From: Gemmatimonadota bacterium
GTDB taxonomy: Bacteria > Gemmatimonadota > Gemmatimonadetes > Longimicrobiales > Gaopeijiaceae
Direction: 5' to 3'
Length of the DNA: 64,000 bases
Assembly (NCBI GenBank): GCA_039589315.1
Contig: JBDHHQ010000013.1
Location: 96,001-160,000, forward strand
Shown here: positions 1 through 9,267 of the stretch, one piece after another
Position numbering within the stretch: position 1 is the first letter of the stretch
How the letters are laid out: every line of letters begins with the position of its first letter
Position numbers and translations under genes: made by a program
Notes under the pieces: model-generated
What the model was told of the DNA's origin: nothing
Database searches by the model: none
What the model saw: only the letters and a program-made list of their open reading frames with translations

Positions 1-313
1 GATGTTGAGGGACGACTACGCCCGGGTCGGGTTCCGCTTGATCCCGCCGTCGGATCCAGAGGGCCGCCGCGTCGGGCGACATCTGGTCTTCTACAGCGTG
101 GCCCTGATCCCCATGAGCCTCGCACCTACGTTCCTCGGACTGACCAGCGGGGTCTACCTCGCCGGTGCGGCGATCCTCGGCGTGGGGTTCCTCTCGCTCG
201 GCGTGCCGTGCCTTTGGAGCATCGATGACGCCCGGGCCCGCCGCGTCTTCCTGGGAACCCTCCTATACCATCCCCTGCTGCTGGGGATGGTGGTTCTTGG
301 CGTACGCACATGA
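1..313 (+). CDS. ctaB: Protoheme IX farnesyltransferase (heme O synthase), C-terminal fragment; 5' end outside the window
   Basis: Hydrophobic helices with UbiA/CtaB-type segments 'DDYARVGFRLIP' and 'ARRVFLGTLLY'. Confidence 0.8.
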   Translation, partial: MLRDDYARVGFRLIPPSDPEGRRVGRHLVFYSVALIPMSLAPTFLGLTSGVYLAGAAILGVGFLSLGVPCLWSIDDARARRVFLGTLLYHPLLLGMVVLGVRT

Positions 314-1548
314 TCCGGTTGCTCGTCGCTCTGCCGTTGCTCCTCCCCTTCCCCGCGCTCGGTCAGGAGAACCAGCGCCCCCGGGCGCGAGACGTCGGGA
401 TAGAGGTGGGGGTGTTCGCGCCGGGGCCCTTGAACGCCATCACCGACGTCCGTGGCGTGCTGGTGGGCCACACGACCGTTCGGGAGGGCGACCGCGTCCG
501 GACTGGTGTGACGGCGATTCGTCCCCATCCGGGGAACGTCTACCAGCAGCGCGTACCGGCCGCGATGCACGTCGGCAACGGATACGGCAAGCTGCTGGGG
601 GTGACCCAGGTGCGAGAGCTCGGCGAGCTGGAGACCCCCATCCTGCTCACGTGCACGCTCTGCGTCTGGAAGGCGGCCGACGCGCTGGTGGAGTGGATGC
701 TGGAGCGCGAGGGCATGGCGGAGGTGCAGTCGCTGAACGCGGTCGTGGGTGAGACGAACGACGGTGGGCTGAACGACATCCGGGCGCGCCCCATCGACGC
801 CGCGCACGTGCGTCACGCGCTCGAGACCGCGACGGGTGGACCGGTGGAGGAGGGGTCGGTGGGCGCGGGGACCGGAACCCGGGCCTTCGGCTGGAAAGGC
901 GGCATCGGCACGAGCAGTAGGATCCTCCCCGAGTCCCTGGGGGGGTTCACGCTGGGTGTCCTCGTCCAGTCCAACTTCGGTGGCATCCTCACCATCGGGG
1001 GTGCACCCGTGGGACGGGAGTTGGGGCGCTACTCGTTCCAGGAGGACGTGGAGCGCGGCGGAGGTGACGGATCGGCGGAGCCCGGCCGCGGGGACGCCGA
1101 GGGAGGGCGTAGGGACGCGGAGCTCGGCCGTGACGACAGAGGGGCGTGGGCCAGTGAGTGGGACGAGGGTCAGGGCTCCATCATGATGGTCGTCGCCACC
1201 GACGCCCCCCTGTCCGATCGCAACCTGCAGCGGTTGGGCGCCCGGGCCATCATGGGACTCGCTCGCACCGGGTCCTTCGCCGGAAACGGATCGGGGGACT
1301 ACGTGATCGCGTTTTCCACGGCGGAGTCTGTGCGGCGTCCGAGAGACCTACCCGTGCGCACCGTCGAGGAGCTGGACAACGGTGAGATGTCCGCGCTGTT
1401 CGAGGCGGCGGTGGAGGCCACGGAAGAGGCGATCTACAACTCCCTCTTCCGAGCTCACACGGTCACGGGGATGGGGACGACAGCGGAGGCTCTCCCGTTG
1501 GAGGCGACGTTGCGGATCCTGCGGCGGTACGGCGTCATCGAGCCGTAG
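310..1548 (+). CDS. DmpA / peptidase S58 family L-aminopeptidase/D-esterase, exported
   Basis: Motifs 'GPLNAITDV', 'VGETNDG.LNDI', 'GSVGAGTG', 'KGGIGTSSR', autocleavage G|S site 'GSIMMVVATDAPL', 'GNGSGDY'; N-terminal signal peptide; ATGA overlap with ctaB. Confidence 0.9.
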   Translation: MIRLLVALPLLLPFPALGQENQRPRARDVGIEVGVFAPGPLNAITDVRGVLVGHTTVREGDRVRTGVTAIRPHPGNVYQQRVPAAMHVGNGYGKLLGVTQVRELGELETPILLTCTLCVWKAADALVEWMLEREGMAEVQSLNAVVGETNDGGLNDIRARPIDAAHVRHALETATGGPVEEGSVGAGTGTRAFGWKGGIGTSSRILPESLGGFTLGVLVQSNFGGILTIGGAPVGRELGRYSFQEDVERGGGDGSAEPGRGDAEGGRRDAELGRDDRGAWASEWDEGQGSIMMVVATDAPLSDRNLQRLGARAIMGLARTGSFAGNGSGDYVIAFSTAESVRRPRDLPVRTVEELDNGEMSALFEAAVEATEEAIYNSLFRAHTVTGMGTTAEALPLEATLRILRRYGVIEP

Positions 1549-1602
1549 GGCGCGGGAGTACCTTCCCGTGCTGGTGGTCCACTCAGCGGGACGGGACCGG
1601 CG

Positions 1603-3207
1603 CTATCCCAGATCCACCGCGCTGGCCTTCATGACCTCACCCATGGCCAGGAGCTCACTCACCAGGTCGGCGCTGACCTCGCCATCCACCGAGATGGCCG
1701 CGAACGCGTCGCCACCCGACACGGGCCGCGCCTGGTGGTATTCCGCGATGTTGAGGCCGTGCTGACCCAGGATCGTCCCCACACAACCGATGACGCCGGG
1801 CACGTCGCGGTTGCGAAGGACGATCAGCGTGCCGTGGGGAACGATCTCCACCCGGTACCCGTCGACCTTGACCAGGCGTGGGTGCTGTCCTTCGAGCAGC
1901 GCGCCGGCCACCTGGGCCTTTCCGCCGTCGGCCCGGATCCGGACCTCGAGGTACTCGGAGTAGTCGGGGCGCCGCTCGCTTCGTGTCGTGGACAGGCGAA
2001 TGCCCCGCTGCCGCGCCAGGTGGGCCGCGTTCACGAAGTTGACCCGGTCCCGGCCGAGGGCGTTGGACAGCAGACCGACCAGCACCGACGCCAGGAGCGA
2101 GCTCAGGCCGTCCGCCTCCTCCCCCGCGTAGCGGATCTCGACGCTCTGGAGCCCCCCGTTGGTAATGGCACGCGCCAGTCGCCCGGCACGTTTGGCCAGG
2201 TCAAGGAGTGGCCTGAGGCGCGCGAGCGCTTCCCCCCCGATGGCCGGAGCGTTCACCGCCCGACTCAGGTCACCGTGCAGGAGCGCCGCCTTCACCGCCT
2301 CGGCGATCTCTCCGGCCACGAGCTCCTGGGCCTCCGCAGTCGATGCGCCCAGGTGAGGGGTCAGGACCAGATTCGGGGAGTCCCGCAGCGGTGAGTCGGC
2401 CGCCAGGGGCTCGCTGGCGAACACGTCGAGGGCGGCGCCGGCGATCTGGCCGTCCGTCAACGCGTCGGCCAGCGCGCTCTCGTCCAGGACTCCGCCACGT
2501 GACACGTTGACGATGAAGGCGGTGGGCTTCATGCGAGCCAGCTCGGCCGTGCCGACCATCCCCTCCGTCGACCTCGTGAGCGGCACGTGCAGGGACACGA
2601 CGTCCGCCCGCTCCAGGATCTCGCTCATGGAGACCTGCGAGACGCCGAGACGGGTCGCCCGCTCCTCGCTCAGATAGGGGTCGTGAACGATCACGCGCAT
2701 GCCGAAGCCCCGCGCCCGCTTCGCCACCTCACCACCGATCCGCCCTGCCCCGATCAGCCCCAGTGTCTTGCCACGAAGCTCGATACCGGCGAAACGGGCC
2801 CGCTCCCACTCCCCCGCCCGCACCGATCGATCCGCTGCGGGCACGTGGCGCGCCGCGGCCAGGACGAGGGCGAACGTGAGCTCGGCCGCCGAGACGGTGT
2901 TGCCCTCCGGCGCGTTCAGCACGGGAACGCCCCGGGCGGTGGCGGCCTCCAGGTCGATGTTGTCCACGCCGACCCCCGCCCGACCGATGGCGCGGAGACC
3001 CGGGGCCCCGGCCAGGAGCTCGGACGTGACCTTCGTGGCGGACCGCACGATCAAGGCGTCGGCTTCGGCGAGGGCATACTCCAGCGCGCCCCGTTCCTCT
3101 CCCACCGTGAATACGACCTCGAAGCGGGCGTCATCGGTCAGCGCCTGCAGGCCCGAAGGAGAGACCTTGTCGGCCACCACCACGGTGAATCTGCCGTCGT
3201 CGTTCAT
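1603..3207 (-). CDS. serA: D-3-phosphoglycerate dehydrogenase (long form with ASB and ACT domains)
   Basis: 'IGRAGVGVDNID', 'GLIGAGRIG', 'AALDVF', 'TPHLGAST.EAQ', C-terminal ACT 'NRDVPGVIG'. Confidence 0.95.
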   Translation of the reverse strand: MNDDGRFTVVVADKVSPSGLQALTDDARFEVVFTVGEERGALEYALAEADALIVRSATKVTSELLAGAPGLRAIGRAGVGVDNIDLEAATARGVPVLNAPEGNTVSAAELTFALVLAAARHVPAADRSVRAGEWERARFAGIELRGKTLGLIGAGRIGGEVAKRARGFGMRVIVHDPYLSEERATRLGVSQVSMSEILERADVVSLHVPLTRSTEGMVGTAELARMKPTAFIVNVSRGGVLDESALADALTDGQIAGAALDVFASEPLAADSPLRDSPNLVLTPHLGASTAEAQELVAGEIAEAVKAALLHGDLSRAVNAPAIGGEALARLRPLLDLAKRAGRLARAITNGGLQSVEIRYAGEEADGLSSLLASVLVGLLSNALGRDRVNFVNAAHLARQRGIRLSTTRSERRPDYSEYLEVRIRADGGKAQVAGALLEGQHPRLVKVDGYRVEIVPHGTLIVLRNRDVPGVIGCVGTILGQHGLNIAEYHQARPVSGGDAFAAISVDGEVSADLVSELLAMGEVMKASAVDLG

Positions 3208-4322
3208 TGCGCGAGCAGGACCTCCTCCAACTCTCCGAGCACGACCTCGAGCTCGGCGAGGGTATGGTCTCCCATGTGTCCAATACGGATGGTCGTCGCC
3301 TTCAACTTACCGTACCCACCGCCGATGACGATCCCCCGCTCCGCCATCCCGGCGACGAGGGGCGGTCCGGTCAGGGGCTCGGGAAGGCCGATACAGGTGA
3401 CGGTGGGCGAGCGGTACCCGGGCGGTGCGAGGACGGAGAGCTGCAGGCCGTGCCGGTCCCGCACCTCGTCGACCCAGCTCCAGCAGCGCTCCGCCATGTT
3501 CCTGTGTCGGGCGAACCGGGCCTCCAGCCCCTCGGTCGCCATGAAGCCCACCTGCTCGTCGAGCGCGTATAGGAGGGAGACGGCCGGCGTAGTCGGCGTT
3601 TGCAGCCTCTCGACATGCTTGGCGTGCTCCGTCAGGTCGAAGTAGTAGCCCTTGCCGGACAGGCTCTCCGACCGGGCCATCATCCGCTCGGATGCCACGC
3701 CGAAGGAGAGACCCGGCGGCAGGGCGAGGGCCTTCTGCGAACCCGTGAGGACGAAGTCCAGCGCCCGGCGGTCGGCGTCTACCGGGGTGCCTCCCGCCCC
3801 TGTGACCGAGTCCACCAGGAGCAGCGTATCCTCGTGGCCGTGTACCACCTCGGCGATGGCGTCGAGGTCGTTCAAAACGCCGGTCGAGGTCTCGGAGTGC
3901 ACGACCGACACGGCGTCATGGCCGCCCTCGGCCAGAGCGTCGGCGACGCGCTGCGGCTCATGGGCCGCACCCCACGCTGCCTCGAGCACGTCCGTCTCCA
4001 CGCCACAGGCAGCGGCGATCTTCGAGAATCGTCCAGAGAAGGCCCCGTTGACCAGACAGAGCACGCTTCGACGCACGCCGTTCCGGATAGCCGCCTCCAT
4101 GAGCCCGCTGGCGGACGACGTCGAGACGAACACGGGGCGATCGGTGCCGAAGACCGGCCTCAGACCGCGTTGCAGCCGAGCCATCAGCTCCTGGATCTCG
4201 GGTCCGCGGTGGCCGATGACCGGTCGGGCTTGGGCAACGAGCACCGGGACCCGCACCTCGGTGGGCCCAGGCAGGAAGAAGCGACCGAACGCTGGCGTCC
4301 GGTCGCCGCTGGCATTGTCCAT
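3204..4322 (-). CDS. Class V PLP aminotransferase (alanine-glyoxylate/serine-pyruvate type; probable phosphoserine aminotransferase role)
   Basis: 'FLPGPT', 'VVHSETSTG', 'VDSVT', PLP lysine motif 'GSQKALALPPGL', 'RIGHMG'; start set at ATG 4322; ATGA overlap with serA. Confidence 0.9.
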   Translation of the reverse strand: MDNASGDRTPAFGRFFLPGPTEVRVPVLVAQARPVIGHRGPEIQELMARLQRGLRPVFGTDRPVFVSTSSASGLMEAAIRNGVRRSVLCLVNGAFSGRFSKIAAACGVETDVLEAAWGAAHEPQRVADALAEGGHDAVSVVHSETSTGVLNDLDAIAEVVHGHEDTLLLVDSVTGAGGTPVDADRRALDFVLTGSQKALALPPGLSFGVASERMMARSESLSGKGYYFDLTEHAKHVERLQTPTTPAVSLLYALDEQVGFMATEGLEARFARHRNMAERCWSWVDEVRDRHGLQLSVLAPPGYRSPTVTCIGLPEPLTGPPLVAGMAERGIVIGGGYGKLKATTIRIGHMGDHTLAELEVVLGELEEVLLAQ

Positions 4323-4454
4323 GGATCGTCCGTCATCGGGTGACAGGTTCGTCCGGAGCCCACGACAGCCGACACCGTCACCGGCCCGAGCCCGGTCGGA
4401 AGATACGCCTCCAGGTCTCGCCGGAAAGAACCCCCGTCCTTTCTGTGGTGCCTC

Positions 4455-4492
4455 AGAAAGAGAAGCAGGGGCGCCCAGGGCGGGCGCCCCTG
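4455..4492 (-). terminator. Intrinsic terminator downstream of the small-ORF cassette
   Basis: 11-bp perfect stem CAGGGGCGCCC/GGGCGCCCCTG with 5-nt loop, followed on the minus strand by CTTCTCTTTCT. Confidence 0.7.
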
Positions 4493-4615
4493 TCCGGGGC
4501 AGGTGTGTCGGCTGGACCCCCGGTTCCACAGTCACGGGGGCCGGAAGCGACCGTCTTTGGGGAAGGGCGCGGCCGCCTCGGCGGGACCGGACTCAGTCCG
4601 GCGGTCGGGGTGGGG

Positions 4616-4906
4616 TCATGTCTTCGTCCATTCGTGTGTCGCAGCGATCAGGGGTTCGATCTCCTGTTGAAGCGATCCGGCCGCTCGCGCTTCTACGAGC
4701 GAGCGCTGTGTGCCCTCGGATGGCTTGTCACCGGGACGGTCACTCATGTGACACCCCATCGCGGCTGTGACGGCGATCGCCAGCAAGAGAGGCATGGCGG
4801 GCTTCAGGGGGTACAGTCGCCCCATCCCGCCTCGCGTCCTGAGTGGGGGCTCCCGCACCGAGAGCTCCAGGGGCGGGTTCCGGGCTCGGCTGATTGTCGT
4901 CTTCAT
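4616..4906 (-). CDS. Putative small lipoprotein / membrane-anchored protein, 96 aa (start may be later)
   Basis: GGGAG upstream of ATG; hydrophobic 'MPLLLAIAVTAAMGC' ending in a lipobox-like GC. Confidence 0.45.
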   Translation of the reverse strand: MKTTISRARNPPLELSVREPPLRTRGGMGRLYPLKPAMPLLLAIAVTAAMGCHMSDRPGDKPSEGTQRSLVEARAAGSLQQEIEPLIAATHEWTKT

Positions 4907-4986
4907 GTCTTCATCTCCCGTTCGAGGGTCTTGGCCGCTCGCAGGCCGTGACCGGATGCGTCGGCCGGTCAAACGGCCGCACGTTC

Positions 4987-5130
4987 TCAGACCAGGTATC
5001 CCGCCGCGTCCGCCACGGGGTACATGAGCGCCACCACGACGCCGAAGTACGCGACCAGGATCCCCAGGGCCTGGACAACCGTCGCACCCCGGGCTCGTCT
5101 CTCTCGCCATGCGGGTTTGCGTGTGCTCAT
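4987..5130 (-). CDS. Small single-pass membrane protein, 47 aa (MSTRKPAWRERRARGATVVQALGILVAYFGVVVALMYPVADAAGYLV)
   Basis: Strong RBS AAGGAGGA just before ATG; basic N-terminus then one hydrophobic helix; GC3-rich codons; too short for the ORF track. Confidence 0.6.
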   Translation of the reverse strand: MSTRKPAWRERRARGATVVQALGILVAYFGVVVALMYPVADAAGYLV

Positions 5131-5184
5131 CGGATTCCTCCTTGGTGTCCGGGGGGGCGACCGCCACCACCCATTGGGTCGTTT

Positions 5185-5313
5185 CTAGAGCAGCCTGTCG
5201 CCGAAGTGGACCAGCTCGGCCCAGGCGCCCGCGTGGTCCAGGAGCACTTTCAGGAGCGTCAAGGTCAGGAGCCCCCAGTAGAACCATCGGTCGGGCCGCT
5301 CCCGGGCTTGCAT
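5185..5313 (-). CDS. Small membrane protein, 42 aa (MQARERPDRWFYWGLLTLTLLKVLLDHAGAWAELVHFGDRLL)
   Basis: Strong RBS AGGAGGAG upstream of ATG; hydrophobic core; GC3-rich codons; too short for the ORF track. Confidence 0.6.
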   Translation of the reverse strand: MQARERPDRWFYWGLLTLTLLKVLLDHAGAWAELVHFGDRLL

Positions 5314-5460
5314 CGTTCCCACTCCTCCTGTCGGACCATCCGGCGCCGCTCATCGGCGCGGTGCGTGATGACACGATGCAGGAGCGGCCTCAGCGACCCC
5401 TCAGCCCGGTCTCATCCCGAGAGGGCCTCCATCAGCCGGCTATCATCCGAAAGCCGGTCA

Positions 5461-5484
5461 TGTCTCTTAACTAGTTTATGGACA
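5461..5484. promoter_or_regulatory. AT-rich dyad, candidate operator/promoter of the small-ORF cassette
   Basis: TGTC-tctt-AACTAGTT-tatg-GACA: perfect 8-bp palindromic core with matching outer arms in otherwise very GC-rich DNA. Confidence 0.5.
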
Positions 5485-5681
5485 GGGAGTTGACCGACTA
5501 CTCGCTCAGGGAGAGATCGGGGTCGCGAGTGGCTCGATCCCGGCCGCGAGGCCGAGGGATGGAGGCGGGGAAAGGGCGGCGCGTGCAGCCATGGGCGGGT
5601 GACCCATGCAGTGGTGGGTGGGGCTCGCGAGGCTGCGCTCCCCGTGATCAGGCCGGCTTCGGGACGGCGCCGGCCAACCGG

Positions 5682-7514
5682 CTACTTCAGGGCCCGGGCC
5701 GCCTTCTTCCGCTGGTTTCTGTCCAGAACACGCTTCCGCAGGCGGATTCGGTCCGGCGTCACCTCGATGAGCTCGTCCGGCTCGATGAACTCGAGGGCCA
5801 GCTCCAGCGTGATCTGACGCGGTGGCTCCAGTCGGATGTTCTCGTCCGAGGCGGTCGTGCGCATGTTCGTGAGCTTCTTGCCTTTGCTGACGTTCACGTC
5901 CAGGTCCCCGGGCCGGGAGTGCTCGCCCACGATCATGCCTTCGTAGACCTCGGCGCCGGGCGCTACGAACATCGTTCCCCGCTCCTGCAGGTTGAACAGG
6001 GCGAAGCCCACCGTCACGCCTGTCCGATCCGCCGCCAGCACCCCTCGCGGTCGGCCCTGGAGGTCCCCGGCCCAGGGGCCGTACTCCAGGAAGTTGTGAT
6101 GCAGTGTGCCCTCGCCCCGCGTGTCCGTGAGGAACTCGGACCGGTACCCGAACAGGCCCCGAGCGGGAATCCGAAAGCGCAACCGCACCGACCCCCGTCC
6201 GGTCGGATCCATGTCGGTCATCTCGCCCCGGCGGGGGCCCAGCTTCTCGATCACCGCTCCCACCATCTCCGACGGCACCTCCACGACGGCCTCCTCGTAC
6301 GGCTCGAGGAGCCTGCCGCCGTCGTCCCGACGCGTGATCACGCGGGGCCGGGAGACCTGGAACTCGTACCCCTCCCGTCTCATGGTCTCCATCAGGATGG
6401 ACAGGTGGAGCTCACCCCGCCCCGAGACGGTCAGCGTGTCCGGGCTGTCCGTCTCCTCCACCCTCAGAGCCACGTTCTGCTCCAGCTCCTTCAGGAGCCG
6501 GTCGCGCACCTGCCGTGACGTCACGTACTTGCCGGACCGGCCGGCCATGGGCGAGTTGTTCACGGAGAAGTCGACCGACAGGGTCGGCTCCTCCACCGCG
6601 ATGCCGCGGAGGCGCTCGGTGTGATTCGGATCGGTCAGCGTCTTGCCGATCTCGACGCCTTCCAGTCCCGCCAGCGCCACGATGTCACCGGCCAGGGCTT
6701 CGGCCACATCCAGCCGCTCGAGCCCACTGAACGAGTAGAGCTTCGCCACCGTCGCTTCCTCCGCATCCTCCTCGGACACCGGCCCCGGCTCGCCGAGGGC
6801 GAGCAGGGACACCCGCTCGCCCACGTTGACCCGCCCGCGCTCGACGCGGCCGATGGCGATCCGGCCGACGTAGGGCGAGTAGTCCAGCGTCGAGATGAGC
6901 ATCTGGAAAGGGCCCTCGGGGTCCGTTGTCGGCGGCGGTACCGAGCCCAGAATGGTGTCGAACAGGGCCGCGAGCCCGTCCGTTCGGTGGTCGGGTTCGG
7001 TGGACGCCCAACCGTCCCGGCCCGACGCGTAGAGGAACGGAGCGTCGAGCTGGTCATCGGCGGCCTCGAGCTCCATGAACAGCTCCAGCACCTCGTCGTG
7101 GACCTCCATGGGGCGTGCGTCCGGGCGGTCCACCTTGTTGATGACGACTACGGGCATGAGACCCAGCTCGAGCGCCTTGCGCGTGACGAAGCGAGTCTGG
7201 GGCATGGGGCCTTCGGCCGCGTCGACGAGGAGGATCACTCCGTCCACCATCCGGAGGATCCGCTCCACCTCGCCCCCGAAGTCGGCGTGCCCGGGCGTGT
7301 CCACGATGTTGACCTTGTGATCGCCCCAGGTGACGGCCGTGTTCTTGGACAGGATCGTGATCCCCCGCTCCCGCTCGAGCGGGTTCGAGTCCATGACCCT
7401 CTCCATCACGTGCTGCCCCTCCCGGAAGACGCCGGCCTGGCGGAGCATCTCGTCCACCAGCGTGGTCTTGCCGTGATCCACGTGGGCAATGATCGCGACG
7501 TTGCGGATGTCCAT
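5682..7514 (-). CDS. typA: Translational GTPase TypA/BipA
   Basis: '[19 protein letters not shown]', 'ERERGITI', '[14 protein letters not shown]', 'GRGELHL', 'KKLTNMR'. Confidence 0.98.
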   Translation of the reverse strand: MDIRNVAIIAHVDHGKTTLVDEMLRQAGVFREGQHVMERVMDSNPLERERGITILSKNTAVTWGDHKVNIVDTPGHADFGGEVERILRMVDGVILLVDAAEGPMPQTRFVTRKALELGLMPVVVINKVDRPDARPMEVHDEVLELFMELEAADDQLDAPFLYASGRDGWASTEPDHRTDGLAALFDTILGSVPPPTTDPEGPFQMLISTLDYSPYVGRIAIGRVERGRVNVGERVSLLALGEPGPVSEEDAEEATVAKLYSFSGLERLDVAEALAGDIVALAGLEGVEIGKTLTDPNHTERLRGIAVEEPTLSVDFSVNNSPMAGRSGKYVTSRQVRDRLLKELEQNVALRVEETDSPDTLTVSGRGELHLSILMETMRREGYEFQVSRPRVITRRDDGGRLLEPYEEAVVEVPSEMVGAVIEKLGPRRGEMTDMDPTGRGSVRLRFRIPARGLFGYRSEFLTDTRGEGTLHHNFLEYGPWAGDLQGRPRGVLAADRTGVTVGFALFNLQERGTMFVAPGAEVYEGMIVGEHSRPGDLDVNVSKGKKLTNMRTTASDENIRLEPPRQITLELALEFIEPDELIEVTPDRIRLRKRVLDRNQRKKAARALK

Positions 7515-7790
7515 GACGCTGCCACTCCGTTTCCCTCGTGACCCGAGCCGCGAGAAGCGCCGGGCCGCCGCGGGATCGAGGCGGAACGATCACCGCCTCC
7601 TTTCGATCCGTTCTGTTGCGGGCGTAATCTAACCGCAAAGCCCGACTCGGTGTGGTGCGCGGCCCCGGGGCTCGGCACCGCGGACCGCAGGCACCCACGG
7701 GTCGGCTGCTGCGCTGCGCCCGGCTGGGCCTTCGCGGTAGATTGAGGCCGCAGCTCGGACATGCGCCCGCGAAACCACCCTGGAGCTTCC

Positions 7791-9086
7791 GTGGTCCGAC
7801 ACCTTCTGCTCTCAGCCGCAGCGATTCTGCTGACCGCCTCCTCGTCCCGGGCTCAGACGATCGAGGGACGATACCGCGACGAGGTGCGGTCCCTCGCCAC
7901 CCAGTCCACCGTTGCAGACGCCCTCGCCCGGGTCGAGGCCTTCGACACATGGAGCATGGAGCGTCTTGTCGAGCTGACCGAGATCCCTGCCCCTCCCTTC
8001 ATGGAGGAGACCCGTACCCGCCGCTTCGCCGAGTTGCTGGCGGAGGTGGGGGCAGACTCGGTCTGGATCGACGAGGAGGGCAACGCGATCGGGCTCCGCC
8101 ACGGCCAGGGCGGCGGCAGGACCGTCGCCATCGGCGGCCACCTGGACACGGTGTTCCCGGAAGGCACGGACGTGACCGTTCGCATGCGCGGCGACACCCT
8201 GTTCGCCCCGGGGGTCGGCGATGACACTCGGGGCCTGGTGGTGGTGTTGACGGTGCTCCGGGCCATGGTCGAGGCGGACGTGCGGACCCGTGACGACGTG
8301 CTCTTCGTGGGTGTGGTGGGTGAGGAGGGTCCGGGCGATCTGCGAGGCATGAAGCACCTGTTCCGCGAGGGAGCCCCCGCCGCCATCGACGCATGGGTCG
8401 AGATCGACGGCGGCGGCTTCGACCGTCTGGTGACCCAGGGACTGGGCTCCGTCCGCTACCGCGTGTCCTTCAAGGGCCCCGGGGGGCATTCTTGGGGGGC
8501 ATTCGGGCTGGCCAATCCCGCCCACGCCCTCGGCCAGGCCGTCCGGTACTTCCAGGAGACGGCCGATACGCTGACCCGGTCCGGCCCGCAGACCAGCTAC
8601 AACGTGGGGCGCATCGGCGGGGGCACCTCGGTGAACTCGATTCCCTTCGAGGCCTGGATGGAGGTGGACATGCGCTCCCACTCGCCAGAGAGCCTCGACC
8701 GGATCGAGACCGCGTTCCTCGACGCCATGGAGCGGGGTGTACGGGGAGAGAACGAGCTGCGGCGGGAAGGCCCCGAGCTGGAGCTGGTAGCGGACAAGAT
8801 CGGGGACCGGCCCTCCGGCGAGCTCGAGCCCGGGCTCCCTTTGATCCAGCGGGCCATGGCGGCCACGGAGCACTTCGGAGGCGAGCCGTCCCTGGGCCGA
8901 TCGTCCACGGACTCGAACATCCCCATCTCGCTGGGCATCCCGGCCGTGACCCTGGGCCGTGGCGGCGCTGGCGAGGGCGGCCACTCCCCCGGCGAATGGT
9001 GGCTCAACCGCGATGGTCACCTGGCCATTCAGCGGGCGCTGCTGGTCGTGGTGGCCGAGACGGGTCTCGCGGGCCTGGTGCCCTGA
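7791..9086 (+). CDS. M20/M25/M40 family metallopeptidase/amidohydrolase, exported
   Basis: 'GHLDTVF', 'PGVGDD', 'VGEEG.GDL', 'GGHSW', 'GGGTSVNSIP', 'STDSN'; signal peptide; start (GTG 7791 or ATG 7761) uncertain. Confidence 0.9.
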   Translation: MVRHLLLSAAAILLTASSSRAQTIEGRYRDEVRSLATQSTVADALARVEAFDTWSMERLVELTEIPAPPFMEETRTRRFAELLAEVGADSVWIDEEGNAIGLRHGQGGGRTVAIGGHLDTVFPEGTDVTVRMRGDTLFAPGVGDDTRGLVVVLTVLRAMVEADVRTRDDVLFVGVVGEEGPGDLRGMKHLFREGAPAAIDAWVEIDGGGFDRLVTQGLGSVRYRVSFKGPGGHSWGAFGLANPAHALGQAVRYFQETADTLTRSGPQTSYNVGRIGGGTSVNSIPFEAWMEVDMRSHSPESLDRIETAFLDAMERGVRGENELRREGPELELVADKIGDRPSGELEPGLPLIQRAMAATEHFGGEPSLGRSSTDSNIPISLGIPAVTLGRGGAGEGGHSPGEWWLNRDGHLAIQRALLVVVAETGLAGLVP

Positions 9087-9267
9087 GCCATGGAGGAGTC
9101 TCGACACCCGACACCTGTGACCGACCTTCCCATACCGGTGAAGCTGGGCCGAGCCGACACGATCGACGGGATTCGGGCCGGGTTCGTGCTGGGCGAGGCC
9201 GTGGATCGAGGCGGCAGATGCGGGAGACGGCGCCGCCCGCCCGGGCACGTCCCCTCCCCGCGTCGCC

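Noticed and set aside
4323..4615. Possible glycine riboswitch or 6S-like RNA upstream of the aminotransferase-serA operon
   Set aside because: Consensus motifs not found; the main hairpin is explained as a terminator. An Rfam scan would settle it.
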